A stretch of 64,000 bases of DNA from Chlorokybus atmophyticus (GCA_009103225.1 RHPI01002823.1:845797-909796), one strand, 5' to 3'. Counted from the first letter of the stretch, positions 49,595 through 63,500 are shown. Numbers and translations are program-made. The notes: generated from the letters alone by a model not told the origin.

Positions 49595-51577
49595 ATGGCA
49601 TCACTGGTTGTTGTCCTGGGCGGCGTGGACTTGCTCGCTGTCGGCGCTGTCGGGCCGCTCATCACGCCCATTGCAAGGGAACTGGGTGCGACTCCATCCC
49701 AGGTATGTTCCAGCTGGACCTAGGATGGTTCTGAACATTAATGAGCCCAGATCCCAACCTCCACAGCTTTGCAGGTGGGAGCATTGTCAAGCCTGTATGG
49801 TGCCCTCCAGCTGCTCTCTGCCACGCCCGCGGGATGGGTGTCGGATCGCCTTGGCCGCAAAACGCTCCTCGCTGCTGCATACTTGGGTGCAGCTTTGGGT
49901 ACGCAATCGTCATTGACAATGCTTGTGAAGCATGCTATGCTGGACTCATGCGCATGACATGACAATGAGAGTTTGCTTTTTTGCAGGTTATGCTTTACTT
50001 GCAGTTGCTGGCTCCGGCTATGGCTGGCCACTAGGCTGGCTGGCGTTGTCAAGAGTGGTGACAGGCCTTTGCAAGCACAGGTGACAATGGAGTACAAGGG
50101 TGCTGTAGCTCAGAGTCAACATGCATCGTGTATGTGCGTGGATGTTGGTCAACCATGCTCATTGTGTTTCAGTTCTGATGCAGCCAAGGCAATTGTGTCG
50201 GACCAGACCAAGCCTGAGCTGCGCTCAACTGCGCTCGGCCGTCTTGCAACAGCCACTGGCGTTGGCATAATGATTGGCCCGACATTGGGTTCTTTGCTTT
50301 TCCGTGTGCGTAACGCTGCCGCCAATGGTTGCTTGTTTCCAATCTGTAGTGGTTACATCTGTTCTTGCGCTGCCATGTGTGACATACTTGTGTTCCACCG
50401 CAGTCGGGAGGCGCAGCTCTGCCTGCCATGTTTGCATCATTGGTGTTCGTTTGCTTGGCCGCCGTGGCGTTTGTGCAGCTGCCGCATGTCAAGCCTGCTG
50501 AACATCATGACGAGAAGTTGCATCCACCCACCCCTGGCGGCTTGTTCAAACAAGGTATAACCCAGCAGGTACTACCAGGTATATGTCAGCCTGTTGTTCC
50601 TGGCATGCGTGTCTCCTGAATGCTGTTGCACAGGAAGCCAAAAAGCCCTGTGGGTGTTATCCGTCCGGGCCTTCATCTCAATGGGTGTCATGGTGTTTCG
50701 AGAGTTCTTCTCACTCTTGCTAGCTTACCGCTTCACGCTTGGTGTACAGGCAAGATTGGTATCACCTTTGCTCTTTAACTGCCAACATTGCACGCTGACA
50801 ATGCCTGCTCAACATCACGCAGGCCACAGGCTACCTGATATCCTTCCAAGGATTGTTATCCGCTCTGGTTCAAGGCCTGGCCATCCGCCCGCTCACGCGT
50901 ATGCTACCCGATGACCAGTTGCTGAGATATTCGCTGACGATGCTCGCTGCAGCATTTGCTGGTATGGTTGAAATTGTTCGCATGTTTTGAGCCAGTTTTG
51001 ACCATGTCTGTGAATATTACAGCCTGCGCACTCTCGCCATCCGTGACGATCCTGGTGCTCTGTTTGATCCCGGTTGCTCTGGCTGGTGGCGTCGCACGCA
51101 CCGCATACTCTTCAATCCTCACACAAACTGTACCTTCCGCTCAGGTGTGGAGCCTGCATGCGGTTTTCTGGACTGTAGCATGTGTGTGCATGTTCTGACA
51201 AGCATGTTGCTTGTACACTCCAGGTGGGTCGGGTGTTGGGTATGGCAGGAACTGTGTCGTCAGTTTGTCGTATTGTTGCCCCGGCACTTGCGGGCTCAGT
51301 CTCCACGTACTATGGTACAAGCGCAGCAGGCCTTTGCAGGTACTTCAGTTCGTGCACAAGCAATGGTCAATCACTAGTGCTTGCTTTCACACGTGTCTGA
51401 CGATGAGTTCGTTACAGCGGCGCTTTGGTTCTTATGGGTGCTGCCATGTTCTCTCACGTGCAACGCACACACTTGGTTCCAAGATCAAGTCCACCTGAAA
51501 GGGAACCCCTCTTGAAGGATGGTGTTGATGTAGATGGGATTCCTCATGATTATGTTAAGTCTAGGCGACGTTCTTAA
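49595..51577 (+). CDS. MFS transporter (MFSD9/SLC22A18/TetA-like), spliced; true start may lie further upstream (~49200-49500)
   Basis: GATPSQVGALSSLYGALQLLS..AGWVSDRLGRK (MFS motif A); SRVVTGLCKHS; AIVSD..PELRSTALGRL..ATGVGIMIGPTLG; ATGYLISFQG; SILTQTVP..QVGRVLGMAGTVSSVCRIVAPALAG. Confidence 0.85.
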
Positions 51578-53176
51578 GTTTCCAAGTCCAAGCCATAGTA
51601 ATAATAGATGAGCATAAGTGATATGATGTATGAGTGTCATGTGTTGCAATGCTACGGTCTATGTGTAGGTTGTCATGTGAGCAAAGAGCACTGTGTGCGG
51701 GCTAAGTATGTATACTACACAGGTTGTTGTCCCACGCATTTACACTTTAACGTGTGTATGATCTCATGCGTTTCTTGCAAGTTCCATGAAAAGTGCAATG
51801 ATAGACGAAGAAACCTTAACATTGTGTATACATGAACATCCGAACACAAGCGAATTTTTTTTCCGAGAGCCATTGGTATATATGCCGGATGGTATATCGT
51901 GTATACATCTACCAATACACACTACATCTATAAGATTTCTTGCAATGACGCAAGCTTTGTGTACAAGGAGTTTTACAATCGTATGCAATTACAGTTGTAA
52001 CACTCCCTGGAAACAAGCCTTACATCGTTGTACATATACGAGAGAGCACCTCATCTATTGCTGTCAAGTTGTATACTTTCTTTGCATTCACATTCCCGCT
52101 CTTGTGTTGCTTTGAAGGTATATAGGCATAATGACTGAGAACCTTAACATGCGCGTGCATTGAGAGAGTTGGCATGCATTTTACGCAACGCAACCCCTTG
52201 CACACTGTCCGGGACGGTCCCACATGCCAAAAGCCGTCTCATGCATTTTTACTTGACGTCGACAATCTTGCCCGAGACATTGTGGATAAACACTGCAGCC
52301 TTAATGCAGCAACGACAAGAATAAATAATCCATCTGAGACAGCCTCGGCGCGGCCCGCCTACAGTTGAGCCGAAGCGCGGTCGCGAGTCAACCGCGCGTA
52401 TTACAAGTTATCCAGTGCGCTTTCCACTGTCCGACAAGTTTGCTGCCGGTAGAATTACAGATATCGCATACATGCTAAATGATATCCGTGTTGTGTGGTT
52501 AGCTGCATCCTCCCGCGCAACTGCCTGACCGAGAAGACGTCAAACCGTCGCACAGCTGACGTATACGCAGTCACAGCTGAGGGTTGCCTCCTTGCGGCGG
52601 TGGTGGAGTGGGTGGGGGTGGCAGTGTCTCCAGCGAGGGAGGCTTTGAAGCGCTAACGGCGTGACATAGGGTGTCGAGGTGAGTGTGATGCCACTTTGCA
52701 AGTTGGCCGCCGGTGCGTGGTTGTTGAACGCTTGTGGACGGCCTGCTTGCTGCGATGTGAGCGTGCTTGGGTGCGTGCAAGCAATGCTGTTAGGGTTTTG
52801 GTCTGCTGGACTGTTGCAACGGATCCTTTTGTGTGAGTCATCTCGACAAGCATTACCGTCAGCTGACGTCATAGCAGGGTGTTTTGACTTACTTACTTAA
52901 GCTTGGGCTGTCTGCATGCAGGTACAAGAATTATGCATCATGCATTCCGTCTGTTGCGTCTTCAGTGCATGCTATGCAAATCCTAGACGCCTTTGTTGGC
53001 ACCAATAAAATCTAGTCTTTAGCAGATCTGCTGTGGTCATGTTAGTTCACGCCGACATCCAAGTCAGTTGCTCAAGCCAAGCTTACGCAACTTCAGCTTA
53101 CACACGCATTGCAAAGCTTCTTACAGAGGCTCTTGCTCAATCATCATGCTCAAGTGGGTTACATTTCCGCAGACAA

Positions 53177-56100
53177 ATGGCAAAGCCGCAATATAATGTT
53201 GGCACGGGCAATCGCTTTGATTTTTTAGAAGATGACAGCAGCAAGGCGTCAAGTACTGTTGACTGGCAAACCAAGTCCAAAAGAAAGGGGCGCAAAAACA
53301 AGGAGCCAGCAGCACAGGTCACACCAGCAGCGGAAGCAGCGGCAGTAGCAGCTGTTGCAGCACCAACATTGAAAGTTGAAACAAAAACCCCACCTGCAGT
53401 CACTAGCAGCGTCATTCCCAGTCCCGAAGCGAATGCAGATGGCGAATGGCAAGAAAAGAGACGGCCAGCTGCGCCTACCGCAGCAGCGGCTGCAGTAGCA
53501 GCCGCAGGGCCGGCTCAATCACCATCCAATGCTGCAGGCGATATGGAGAGTAGTGCACTGGAGGCTGCAGCATCTCGCTCCTGCTCGGATGCAGCTGCAC
53601 GGCAATCGCTCTGGAGGGAATGGACCAAAGCTGCCAGCGAGGGCAGCGCTGGCCGAGGTCGGCGAGCTGATCAGACTGGGTCTTTCAAGCAGGTTTGTGC
53701 AGGTTGCTTGAGTAATTGCGCATGCCCGCCCGGCAGCCCTCTTGATGCGTGAATTGAACCAGTCCGCACTGATAACTTGAGCACAGAGCAAGGCACGTGC
53801 GCCTTGCTGTAGGGTCACGCAAGCACAACCACATGCAGTTAAGCAGCAGCTTCCTACTTGATCATCGACATGTTTCTGTGTCACGGCAATGCAGGTGCTG
53901 CTTTCCAGCCAAGCACTGGAGGCGTCCATTGAGAGCTGCATTGATCCACCACTGAGTGCAGCGCACGAAGCAGACTTAAAGGTGGGTTGTGCTTGGCCTG
54001 TACAGCTAGCTGTGATTTTTTCAGTCAGTTGTTGTGTGAACAAACACCATTGCAAAAATGATATGCAAGCAAAACTGTTTGCGCAGGCATTGCTGTCTGC
54101 AGTTGCACCTGGGCTGGCCTCAGAGGCCACTTCCTTTGCATCGCTGGTGGTGAAGCTGGCGCAAGTCATGCAGCACGAGTCGCCACTTGTGGTCAGCAAT
54201 GCCAAGCGCACGCTGCACGCTGCTGTCACTGCATTGAAGGTATGCAGACCAAGCTGCTGACAGTTGAGCACTGAGCCCTTGTTGGAGCCCTGGCTCCCTC
54301 TCTTTCGCTGCATGCACAAGCCTGCAAGCTCTGCTAATTGGTGTTCTTCCTCTCAGAGTGTTGGGTCATCAAGGGCTGTGGCTGCGCCTTCAGAAAACAT
54401 CATGCCGCAGCTTCAGCACCTTCAGCAGGAAGAGGCAAAGCTGGAGGCGCGTCTGCGGCATCAAAGCATTACCGGCAACGACTCTGCGGCAGCCCTCGCG
54501 GAGCGCGCAAGGTACATGTCCTCTCTGTGACGCTCACCAACGCGAGCTGCCAATAAAATGGGTTATGTGACTGAGTGTCCAACTCGCACACAAACTGCAG
54601 GTGTACTGGCGATCTCCTCAAGGTGCATGAGCAGAAGCTGGGGTTGCTGACAGGTGGCGCAGTAGGCAAGAGCGGAGAGGTTGATGTGCAGATGGCCGCA
54701 ATGCAGCAGCTGAGGACAATGATGAACAAAGTCTCTGAGCGCCTCGCCAGCGCTCAAAACTTGCATCAGGTACGCAAAGCATGAACATAACGCACCTGGC
54801 TGATGTCTTGATGTGTAAGCTGTATTTGTGATGTTGACAGGCGTTGAGTGGCGAAACAAAGCACCTAGGCGCGCAGCGAGATAGGGCTTTGGCAGTGTTG
54901 CAACGCGCTGAGGGCCAGCTGAACGATGAGGCAAGCAGCGTTGAGCGCCAAATTAAGGAGGTGGAGATGCACCTTGCCCTTCTCAAGAGTGCGCTTACAG
55001 ATATTGCAGCAAAGCGCAATGATATTATTGGTCAACGAGAAGCCCTCCTTCATGTAAGCTGTTGCTGCTACGCCCTGTACACAATCGCGACTGTGGTTAC
55101 AGAGTCCGTATGCGTTGTTAACTGCATGTGGATGGCTCAGGCATACGCAAATGCAAATCGAGCTGGGCAGCCTCGAGAGACAAACACCGACAATGTCAGC
55201 CGCATGCAGCAACAGCTATCTACATTCCAAGTACGCGCCCACTTTTTCAAGTGATGCTTCTCAGGCTGCATGCTGACCTCGGCGTCAAGCTTCCACCACG
55301 GGTCACGTCTGACATGATACATTGTGTTGTGCAGGCCTTGGATGGGTTGCTAGTCAAATTGCAGCAAGCAGCTGTTGCCAACCAGACCAAGTCTTTGGCA
55401 GGTTCGGGCAACGCTGCTCACTCTGCTCCAGCGGAGTATTTGGCCGTCCTTGACCAACATCTTGGCTACAAGCTGGCACAACAGGTACCGTACTGACATG
55501 CTCAAATGTGCTTCGCATAGGTTACAGCATCATTGTTAGACTCTACACCAATTATACCAGTTCAATCTTTGTAGATGGAGCAGCAAGTATGTTTTGTGTG
55601 CAACGTTGAAACGCCAACAGAAGAAAGCAAATGCAATGCATTTCGTCACCTTACAAATTATGCAGCAGTACACATATTTGTACCGGTGTTGCCTGTCCGC
55701 ATCCGCAGCTGTTGTTGTACCGGTGTTGCCTGTCCGCATCCGCAGCTGTGGTTGTAACTTGTTGTGACATCAGGCAACTGTCAAGCAACGAGTCACATTT
55801 GTGGCCGAGAAGATGACAGCGTTGGAGAAGGATCGCCAAGAACTGCTGAATATGGGCATGTCAGACCAAGCTGGCAACCTCAATCGTCCATCGGAGCAGT
55901 TGAACAAAATGATGAAGGTGAGGCACTACTTCTGGTGGGCTTGCACAACTGCAAGTGTGCACATCACTCTGTTTTAATGACCCGGATCTTGCAGGACGCA
56001 ATGGCTGCAGCCAAAGCAATTGCCGACGGCGCTGAAGACGCCAGCCGCACACTCCACACGAGCGCGGTGGTCCTCGGCTTTGGCAACAACCAGAGTTTGC

Positions 56101-57493
56101 ACCCGCTGTTCGTGCGCGTCGAGCATCAGCTAGCACAACTTCGCAGCGAGCACAGCAGTCTGGTGGCCTTATCTGCGGGCCCGGTGAACGCCGGAAGCGC
56201 GCAAGCTCCAGCTGCATTGGAGACACTCCGGCAACCTTACACGCCTCCTCACCCAGGGCCCGGACCCACACCCACGCCGAGCCCAGCATCATCATTTGAT
56301 GCCATCCGTCTCGCCACACTTGCTCCCGGCAGGGGCGCAACGCCCACCCTCGCAGGCGTGCAAAATGCACTCAACCAGCTGTCAGGGACAGGCCAAAGGA
56401 CTGACTCACAGGTGAGGGCGTGTGTGTTCTTTCTCGCTGGAGATGCGCATGCAGTTGGTTGCTTGGGCGATCCTGAGTGTATTGTGTGGACCAGGACTAT
56501 GCCAACGGCGGAATGAGTGCTTCAGCCAGGCGCAACGCCTCTAAGAATAACAAGCAGGGAGGGCGTGGAACAAAGTTGATGCCGCAATCCGGACATGTTG
56601 ATGGCATGCGCATGATGGAGGCTCCCATGCACTTCATGGTGGGTTGCATGCAATGCTGTGGCACACTCAGTGTAAGCTTGTGTGGTCTCACGCAAACGCC
56701 ATGTACTGATCAAGCTGCCTGACAGGAGTCTGACATGAGGGCAAAGGACGCAAGTGAGATGCATCGGTTGCCAGGTCACATCGATGTAGCCGCGCATGTT
56801 GGCACGCAGCCGATTGCCCAACATCTGGACAAGGCCAAGTCACCAGCCTCACCTCCATTGTCACCTACCAGACCTGCGTTGCAGCCTTCCGCAATAGCCG
56901 CATCTGCACCCATGCCTGCTGTCGCAGCGCCCGGACCTAAGACTGCACCTGCACCACCACCACAGAAGGTAAGAATAAGTGCTTCTGCATGAGATGTCTC
57001 ATAGCGTTTCCTCTCAGATTTTAATGTTTACCATTATTTGGTGTGTGCGCTCAAGTGATGGCTTGATTCCTTGCTGTTTCAGCTTATGATGCGCAGTGCC
57101 TAAGTGCTGCGACGTTTGCAGGTTGCTCGCGGTTGGGCTGTTGTGGAAAGGCCTCCAGCAGTGTCTCTGCGCCAGCCTCAGGAAGAGGACTTTGGTCTGC
57201 CCACACCGGCGGAGGCCGCTGCCGGCAACAACGGTGTGGACGCGCACAAACGAGGCGGTGCTGCGAGGAAACCCAACAACAAGAAGCCAATCAAGGGCAC
57301 GGACGGTGACGCTGAGATGGTGCCCGACAGCTCTGACTCAGAGTTCTCCCTGTTTTCGTACAGGTACTTGTTCTCATTCCAGGTCATCTGCATGTGCACT
57401 TTTGCAGACTTTGCCGCAGCATCTAACATGTTGGCACATGCAGCCCTTCAAACAAGCCACAGACAGAAGCCGGCCCTTTGGGTCATCAATTGA
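53177..57493 (+). CDS. Uncharacterised multi-exon protein: N-terminal NRFDFLEDD motif, central coiled coil, Pro/Ala-rich C-terminus (3' end uncertain)
   Basis: About 13 exons join in frame with GT-AG sites; ATG 53177 follows a 5'UTR acceptor; heptad-like segments (QLQHLQQEEAKLEARLR, SVERQIKEVEMHLALLKSALTDI, VAEKMTALEKDRQELL). Family not recognised. Confidence 0.72.
55678..55756. repeat. Intronic 37-bp tandem duplication
   Basis: TTGTACCGGTGTTGCCTGTCCGCATCCGCAGCTGT occurs at 55678 and 55715. Confidence 0.9.
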
Positions 57494-58957
57494 GCGCGCC
57501 CACAACGCCGGCAGCGTCTGCAACTTAGGCTCTTCCAATACCAACCTGCAGCCTATGCAAGGTGGTTGAAGAGATGTACTCAGCACTGCACTCGTGTCGC
57601 CAGGAGTGCTCCCTGTTTATTATTGTCGCCTTCGCAGAGCTTGTCAGCTTTGCGTGTGTGCCATGGCTTTGGGCTTGTTTGACAATTGTCACTTGTTTGC
57701 ACTTCCCGTTGCGATGCACTTGATGGCAGGATTGGCAGTCACATTAGTAGCCGTTTGAGTTGTCGAGGTCTTGTTAGCCCAGCGTAGCTGCAGAGCATGA
57801 TACGCCGACCATGTGGTAAGATATCGTTACATGTATTGTGTCCGGCATGAGCTTTGTGTGGTTTGAACAAGACAGTGTGTGCGGAGCATGGCTTGTACAA
57901 GCACTGCGTTTCCCACTGTTTGCACACGTGCATTTCTGCTGTCGTCAAAGTAGGGACTGTGAGGATTATGAGCACACCTGCACATGCAAACATCATACAC
58001 CCCCGTACATTATACCTGTTCGAGATAGAGCTCAAATCCCCATTCCTTCTTTCACATTCACTATTCAACCTGCAGAGCGCATCAGACTCTGTGCATAGGC
58101 TGATCTGAGCAGCAGATGCAATGGTAACGAACAAGCACAAGCACTAGGCACAGCACCGCAAGCAGAGACAGGGCAGGGTAAGGCTTTATTCCAGCAGGGG
58201 CATATACACTAACCATATGCTTGGCTAAGTGCGTGCGTGCAAATGGGGCAGATGGGTGTGCAGGGCAGTAGGGCAGGCAGCAAGCACAGCAACCAACAAG
58301 TAGCAACAGGAGCTAATGGTTAGACCAGCAGCAGGTACAGCACCGCACAGCAGGAAGGCAGCAAGGCAGGGCGAGCATACTGAACTATGTACGCGGTGTG
58401 TACCTTAGCACCCCAGTAACAAGTGGCAGGGAACAACCCGCAGAGCGCATCAGACTCTGTTTATTGAACTAGGTGCACAGAGTGTAACTGAGCGCCGCAT
58501 TATCAGGTGGTAGGGGCAGGGGTAGGGCCAGGCTAGGATAGGTAGCATGTGGGCGTGTGGTTTGGCCTGGTGGTTATGTATGTAACATAAGGTGACTGGT
58601 GCACGGTGCAGTGTGAGAATGTGTGTTGCACCCACAAGCGTGTGCGCAGCAGCACATATTTACATACCCTAAACATGTACATGTGTTGTCACGCATGTCT
58701 CCCGGACGTGCCCAACTCACACCCAAAACCAAGTGCAGCCGAAGCATGCAATCACTCCCTCGTCAAACAGTTTACAGCCATTACAATACAGCTATGCAAT
58801 TTACAAAGTCAATGTACAAGAATCTCCTACCAGCGTACAGCGTACAGCGCGTCTATTCACAACCACCAACATATGCACAACACTACATGCCCCACGGCAA
58901 TTCTACCTGATGTGGCACAACTCATTGCACACTGCAGGTGCCAATACTGCTCATTGT

Positions 58958-60590
58958 TCACATGTTCTCCTTTGGCCACAGGTTGAACATTACCACATCA
59001 ATCGGCTCGCGCTGCACCTCATGCGGTGCATATACGTCACCAGTCATTTCATGATACAGCTTCAGGTTGTCAATCAGCTTGTGGAAGCGCTCGCAGCCCG
59101 CACACTGCACACAAGACAAACATATTTGCTTACAAACATGGCATGTCGCAGCCAGTCAAGCCAACACAGGTTATTGACGCCCACAGCATGTCAGCATGCT
59201 GACATGCTGTGGGCACAGTAACCACGAAGACTCAATCAAGCAGATCAGCACAGTTCTTTGCAGACTAACGAAGTCTGCAACATGCAGCCACGCACCTGTA
59301 CAAAAACGGTGCCAGTGGCGTATGCTTGCGGGTTGATCAAACGTTGCGAGCGGTGGCCGCATTTCTCACATGTGAACTCCACCATCAAACGCCTCCGAGG
59401 CGAGCGCTGCAGCTGCCATGGCGCGAGCACTGGTTCTTCCTGCAAAGCTTGCTGGTTCAGCATACAAGTGCAAAGTCACTTGTGCACTGTGCTATGACCA
59501 ATTTACAATTGCAAGTGCGGATCTGTGCTATGACCGACTGTAACCTCAGCGCCACTCATGATTATTAACATCTTCAAAAACGACTAAACAAATGAAAGAC
59601 AGCAAACGCAGCAGATAAGACGTGAGTGCGATTTGTTTTTTACAATCACTTTACTTGGATACTGCTGCCGAACTGAACTGAACTGAACTGAACATACTCA
59701 CAAACACCTACAGTGATGATCCCAATCAACATGCATGCAGGCACTGTGAGTGCAGCTGACCTGTCTCTGCGACACCATGCCGAGGCCTTGTTGGCGACAG
59801 CCAGCGGAGAACAACACCAAGCCCATGGCATCGTCCTGATTCATGCGCTGCAACCCTCCTGCTGGTGCTGCTGCTGCTGTGCTGCTTGGCTGCGCCTCTC
59901 CCTCCTCGCCTGCACTAGTACTGCTGCTGCTGTTGCTCCAAACGCCCTCTAAGGGCTGATGTTGCTGGGCCTCAAACAACACCAGCCGCGCGGGCTGCCA
60001 CTGCACCTTTTGCAACCCCACTGGCGCTGCGAGGTGGGAGGGAAGCAGATACACAGTACAACACAGAAAACAATGCCATGGTTAGCTAAAGCACAAAACC
60101 GGGTTCAAGTGTGCGCTTGGCGGTTGACGTCATGGCTGTCATGCACACGATGCAACGGTGAACTATGGTGAATTGCATACTCTTCGCAGTTTAGTGCACA
60201 GCTGGCTGATGGTTAAGGCCTTGGGTTGTGCTGGCATTGGGAATAACCAGCCTACTTGTTGATCAATTCATTGCGCATGAACTACCAGGAAAACTTTTCG
60301 GGCAACAAAATGACCACCAGCCTGTAGTAGGCGAAGCACTCTGGACCAGCAACGCAGGGTGCAATCGATGGCATACCTCTGCTCAACGTTAGGCTAAACT
60401 CCCCAGAGCCCCCCTTAGCCCCAGAGCCTGCGCCAGACTCAGGGGGCTGAGCCTGGGAGCGGGTGGCGACAAGCTTGCGCGCATTGCTGGTCTTGGGCAC
60501 AGGCAAACATGCCCATCCTCTTCGCGACCGTGCCAACGTCAGCGTCGGCGACACCGACAAGGACGCTGCCGACGCCATCGCCACGGCCAT
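58958..60590 (-). CDS. DNL-type (Zim17/HEP-like) zinc-finger chaperone with transit peptide
   Basis: Exon 1 MAVAMASAASLSVSPTLTLARSRRGWACLP... (transit-like), phase-1 join to exon 2 (..DDAMGLVL..); then SPRRRLMVEFTCEKCGHRSQRLINPQAYATGTVFVQ / CAGCERFHKLIDNLKLY (two CxxC, DNL motif). Confidence 0.88.
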
Positions 60591-63500
60591 TGCCGCTGCC
60601 ACACGGACGATGACGACGCCTGCGAGTAGAGAGAAGCCCACGAAACCCTACGTAAGAATAGCGCTAAAAGGCGTGAGTGATAGAGACTTTTCGGACTGAG
60701 TTCAGAAAAGAGATACTTTGCAGCAAGATATTTGTTTGGCGACGGATCAGATTGCTATTGTAGCAGGGGAAACACTTTGCATCCCATGGTCTGGACGGAG
60801 TTTGTGCCCGGGGGAACTTTGTGTCCTTTCATGTTTTGTCGTTGGTTAAGGGGCGCCTCTCCGAGTCAGCTGCCGTGTCAGCACAGGCGCACAAAGACGT
60901 ATCTGAAGCGCACAAGACGCACAAGCGCACAACTAATGGCGTTTGTCATGTAGTAGTGGTCGCTCTGATGAGACTCACGCTTGCTTGCAGGAATCCCGAG
61001 TCAGAAGACGTGAGCAAAATTTGTGCTGAGCACTTCTTGTTGCTGTCGTATTGGCTCTGAAGTGTTGGCATAAGGCAGTGAAGAGCCACACACCGTACTT
61101 CCACGAATTACTCGTGCTAGAATTGGTACATAAGGTAAAACGAATATATCGGTAAACATCGTGAACGCAAATTGTCGTATGGCCAATAGAGCGCATTAAG
61201 CATACTAATGTGGCGCCAAGCAAACAAAAAAGATCCTCGACCTTAAATGCCCTTCCACAACGACTTCGTTTCACTACGGTGTATCGCTGACAATTTGAAT
61301 AAGTCAATACATTGAGAAATCTCATAACAACTGTGCGTTACCTTGTTCACAATTGGGTTTCACTTAAATACATGATGCTAAACGCGTGCTAATTGTTCAC
61401 CGTGCGGACAACTCTGTTCATTAGTTGCGAGTACACATGCTCATACTTGAGTGTGCAATATCAAGTGTATCAAAGATGCCATAATAGCATTGCCATTGGC
61501 ATTCGCATGCAAGTGCATGCGCGTGTGCGCATTGTCTGTTGCTGTCATGGCTGAGCACAACTATTTTAGTATACAAGAGAGATGGGCCATAAAGCAAGCA
61601 CGACACGCACACATTGTAAGAAAGGGAAAGGGAGGGATGGGTTGGGCCTGAGGCAATTAATTAGAGAAGACAATAACAACGGCGATGGCTATTAATGTGC
61701 AAGGTTTACACAACATGTATGCCAATCCCCCTTTGCCGCCAACGATTTCACGCTTGTTTTATACCTTTGTCACAATACCATTTACAAGACAATATAATAG
61801 CCGTTAGGGTAAGGCAAACAGTCAATTGCAATGCAACCATTTGCACAGGCACTCATGCATAAATAACACTATTATCAAAATGTATGCTAGCCTGGGTAGT
61901 ACAGCATTTGCACGCACATCACATTGGTGTTATGCAAAAGTGTGGCAAACATGGGTATTGCATGTGCATTGGAGACTCGTTAAAGTATGCTACCAAATGG
62001 TTGCGTGTATTACTTCATGCCACCACGTGACACGCAAACATCCTCATACACATACGTCGTGAGTGGCGACCATGGCTGGCTGGCTAACTTCTCCCTCCTC
62101 CGCGATGCTCTACAGGTGCTTGCCGCTACCGCGTCCCTCTACCCCCACCCCTCCCCCAGTCTATAGCTACTGCACTTAGGTATAGCTTAGTGGGGCCCCC
62201 CACCCGGTTGTCTTGCCCTTGCTTGTGTTGTATTATTAGGCTTGGATGTGTTGTGTGCTTGCTGCCTTGACTACTTGGCCCCAATCCATCTGTTGTATAC
62301 TATACATGCTGCAGCCATAGCATACAATCATCGCTGTCACCTCACCACCGCCACACAAGGTGCTGCAGCTAGCTCATGGCGTCTGTGCCAACAGGCGCGC
62401 CTGCTACGGGGGCGGACGCAGCCCTGGCCACGGAGTCAGAGGTGATGTGGGCGACGTGGGCGGCACGGCAACATGGGCGGCGCGGCGTGACTTGGGCAGG
62501 CGGGACGTGATGCGGGAGCGCATGTGACGCTGGGAGTCATGCGGTGGTGTGCTAGCAGCGAGCGTGTGTACGAAAGAACGCCGAGGATATCGGCTGTGTA
62601 CAAAAGAACGTCGATGGAATGGTGTAACGCATGCGACACATAGGCTGAATACTAATGCTATACTAATATTTCAACTAAGATACACGGCAATCAGTTCGTG
62701 TCTATGCCTAACCCCCCAACAACACAATGCATACAGCACAGCACAGCCAAGGCAACTACACTAGCGCCGCCAAGACACATAGCACACATGTCATAGCATA
62801 GCTGGCAGCATATTGCCAGCTAACCCAATACACAGCACACGGCACAATTCGGTCATTAGGGCACCACTGGGCGGTGTCATAGATGAGCATGACGCGTGTA
62901 CATGTATATAGAGTGTTGACTTATGTACCTTTACATGCATAGGCCAGCAGCAGCCAGATGCAGAGCCGCAATGTCTGTCACACTGTCAATGCGTCAGCAT
63001 CGACTATAACAATGACAACATCCATCATGCACACAAAATATCTCAAAATATTAACATGTGCACATGCTTGCAGACTTAACAGGGTTGGGCAGTAGAGTAG
63101 TGAAGTAGGTAGTAATATGTAGTATGTACTTGACCCGGTTGTTGTGACTGAGGTGAGAATGGTCGGAGAGTGTCCATGCCTGTGTCGTACATGTTGCATA
63201 CATTACATGCATATTCTGTACACTTGTTGTGTAGTATAGCTCACCTTTCCCAACGTGGCAGCTCACATTCAACTAGTCCACACTTTCCCGATCAATTACA
63301 TCTTATCCTTTGGACAACGTCCATTCATGACATTTACACCAACACAATGCTAACTCAAGCACATAATTTCTTGTACAACAGCTTATATTACATGAGAAAG
63401 ATTTGCCTGTGTTGACTTGCAAGCTGCGCAGACTCACACTGAAATAAGTTGCTGCCATGTTGGACTGTGCTTGGGCTGGCGTACGTTGCATGGGCCGTGC

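Noticed and set aside
58122-58129. Second PBS-like TGGTAACG after ..CA
   Set aside because: Only 8 nt match, and the flanking 27-bp repeats lack TG..CA ends and a TSD.
60965-61019. Hammerhead-like CTGATGA followed by a GACTC/GAGTC or CTCACG/CGTGAG stem
   Set aside because: The required GAAA after stem II is replaced by AGAAG or CAAAA, and no stem III/NUH could be built.
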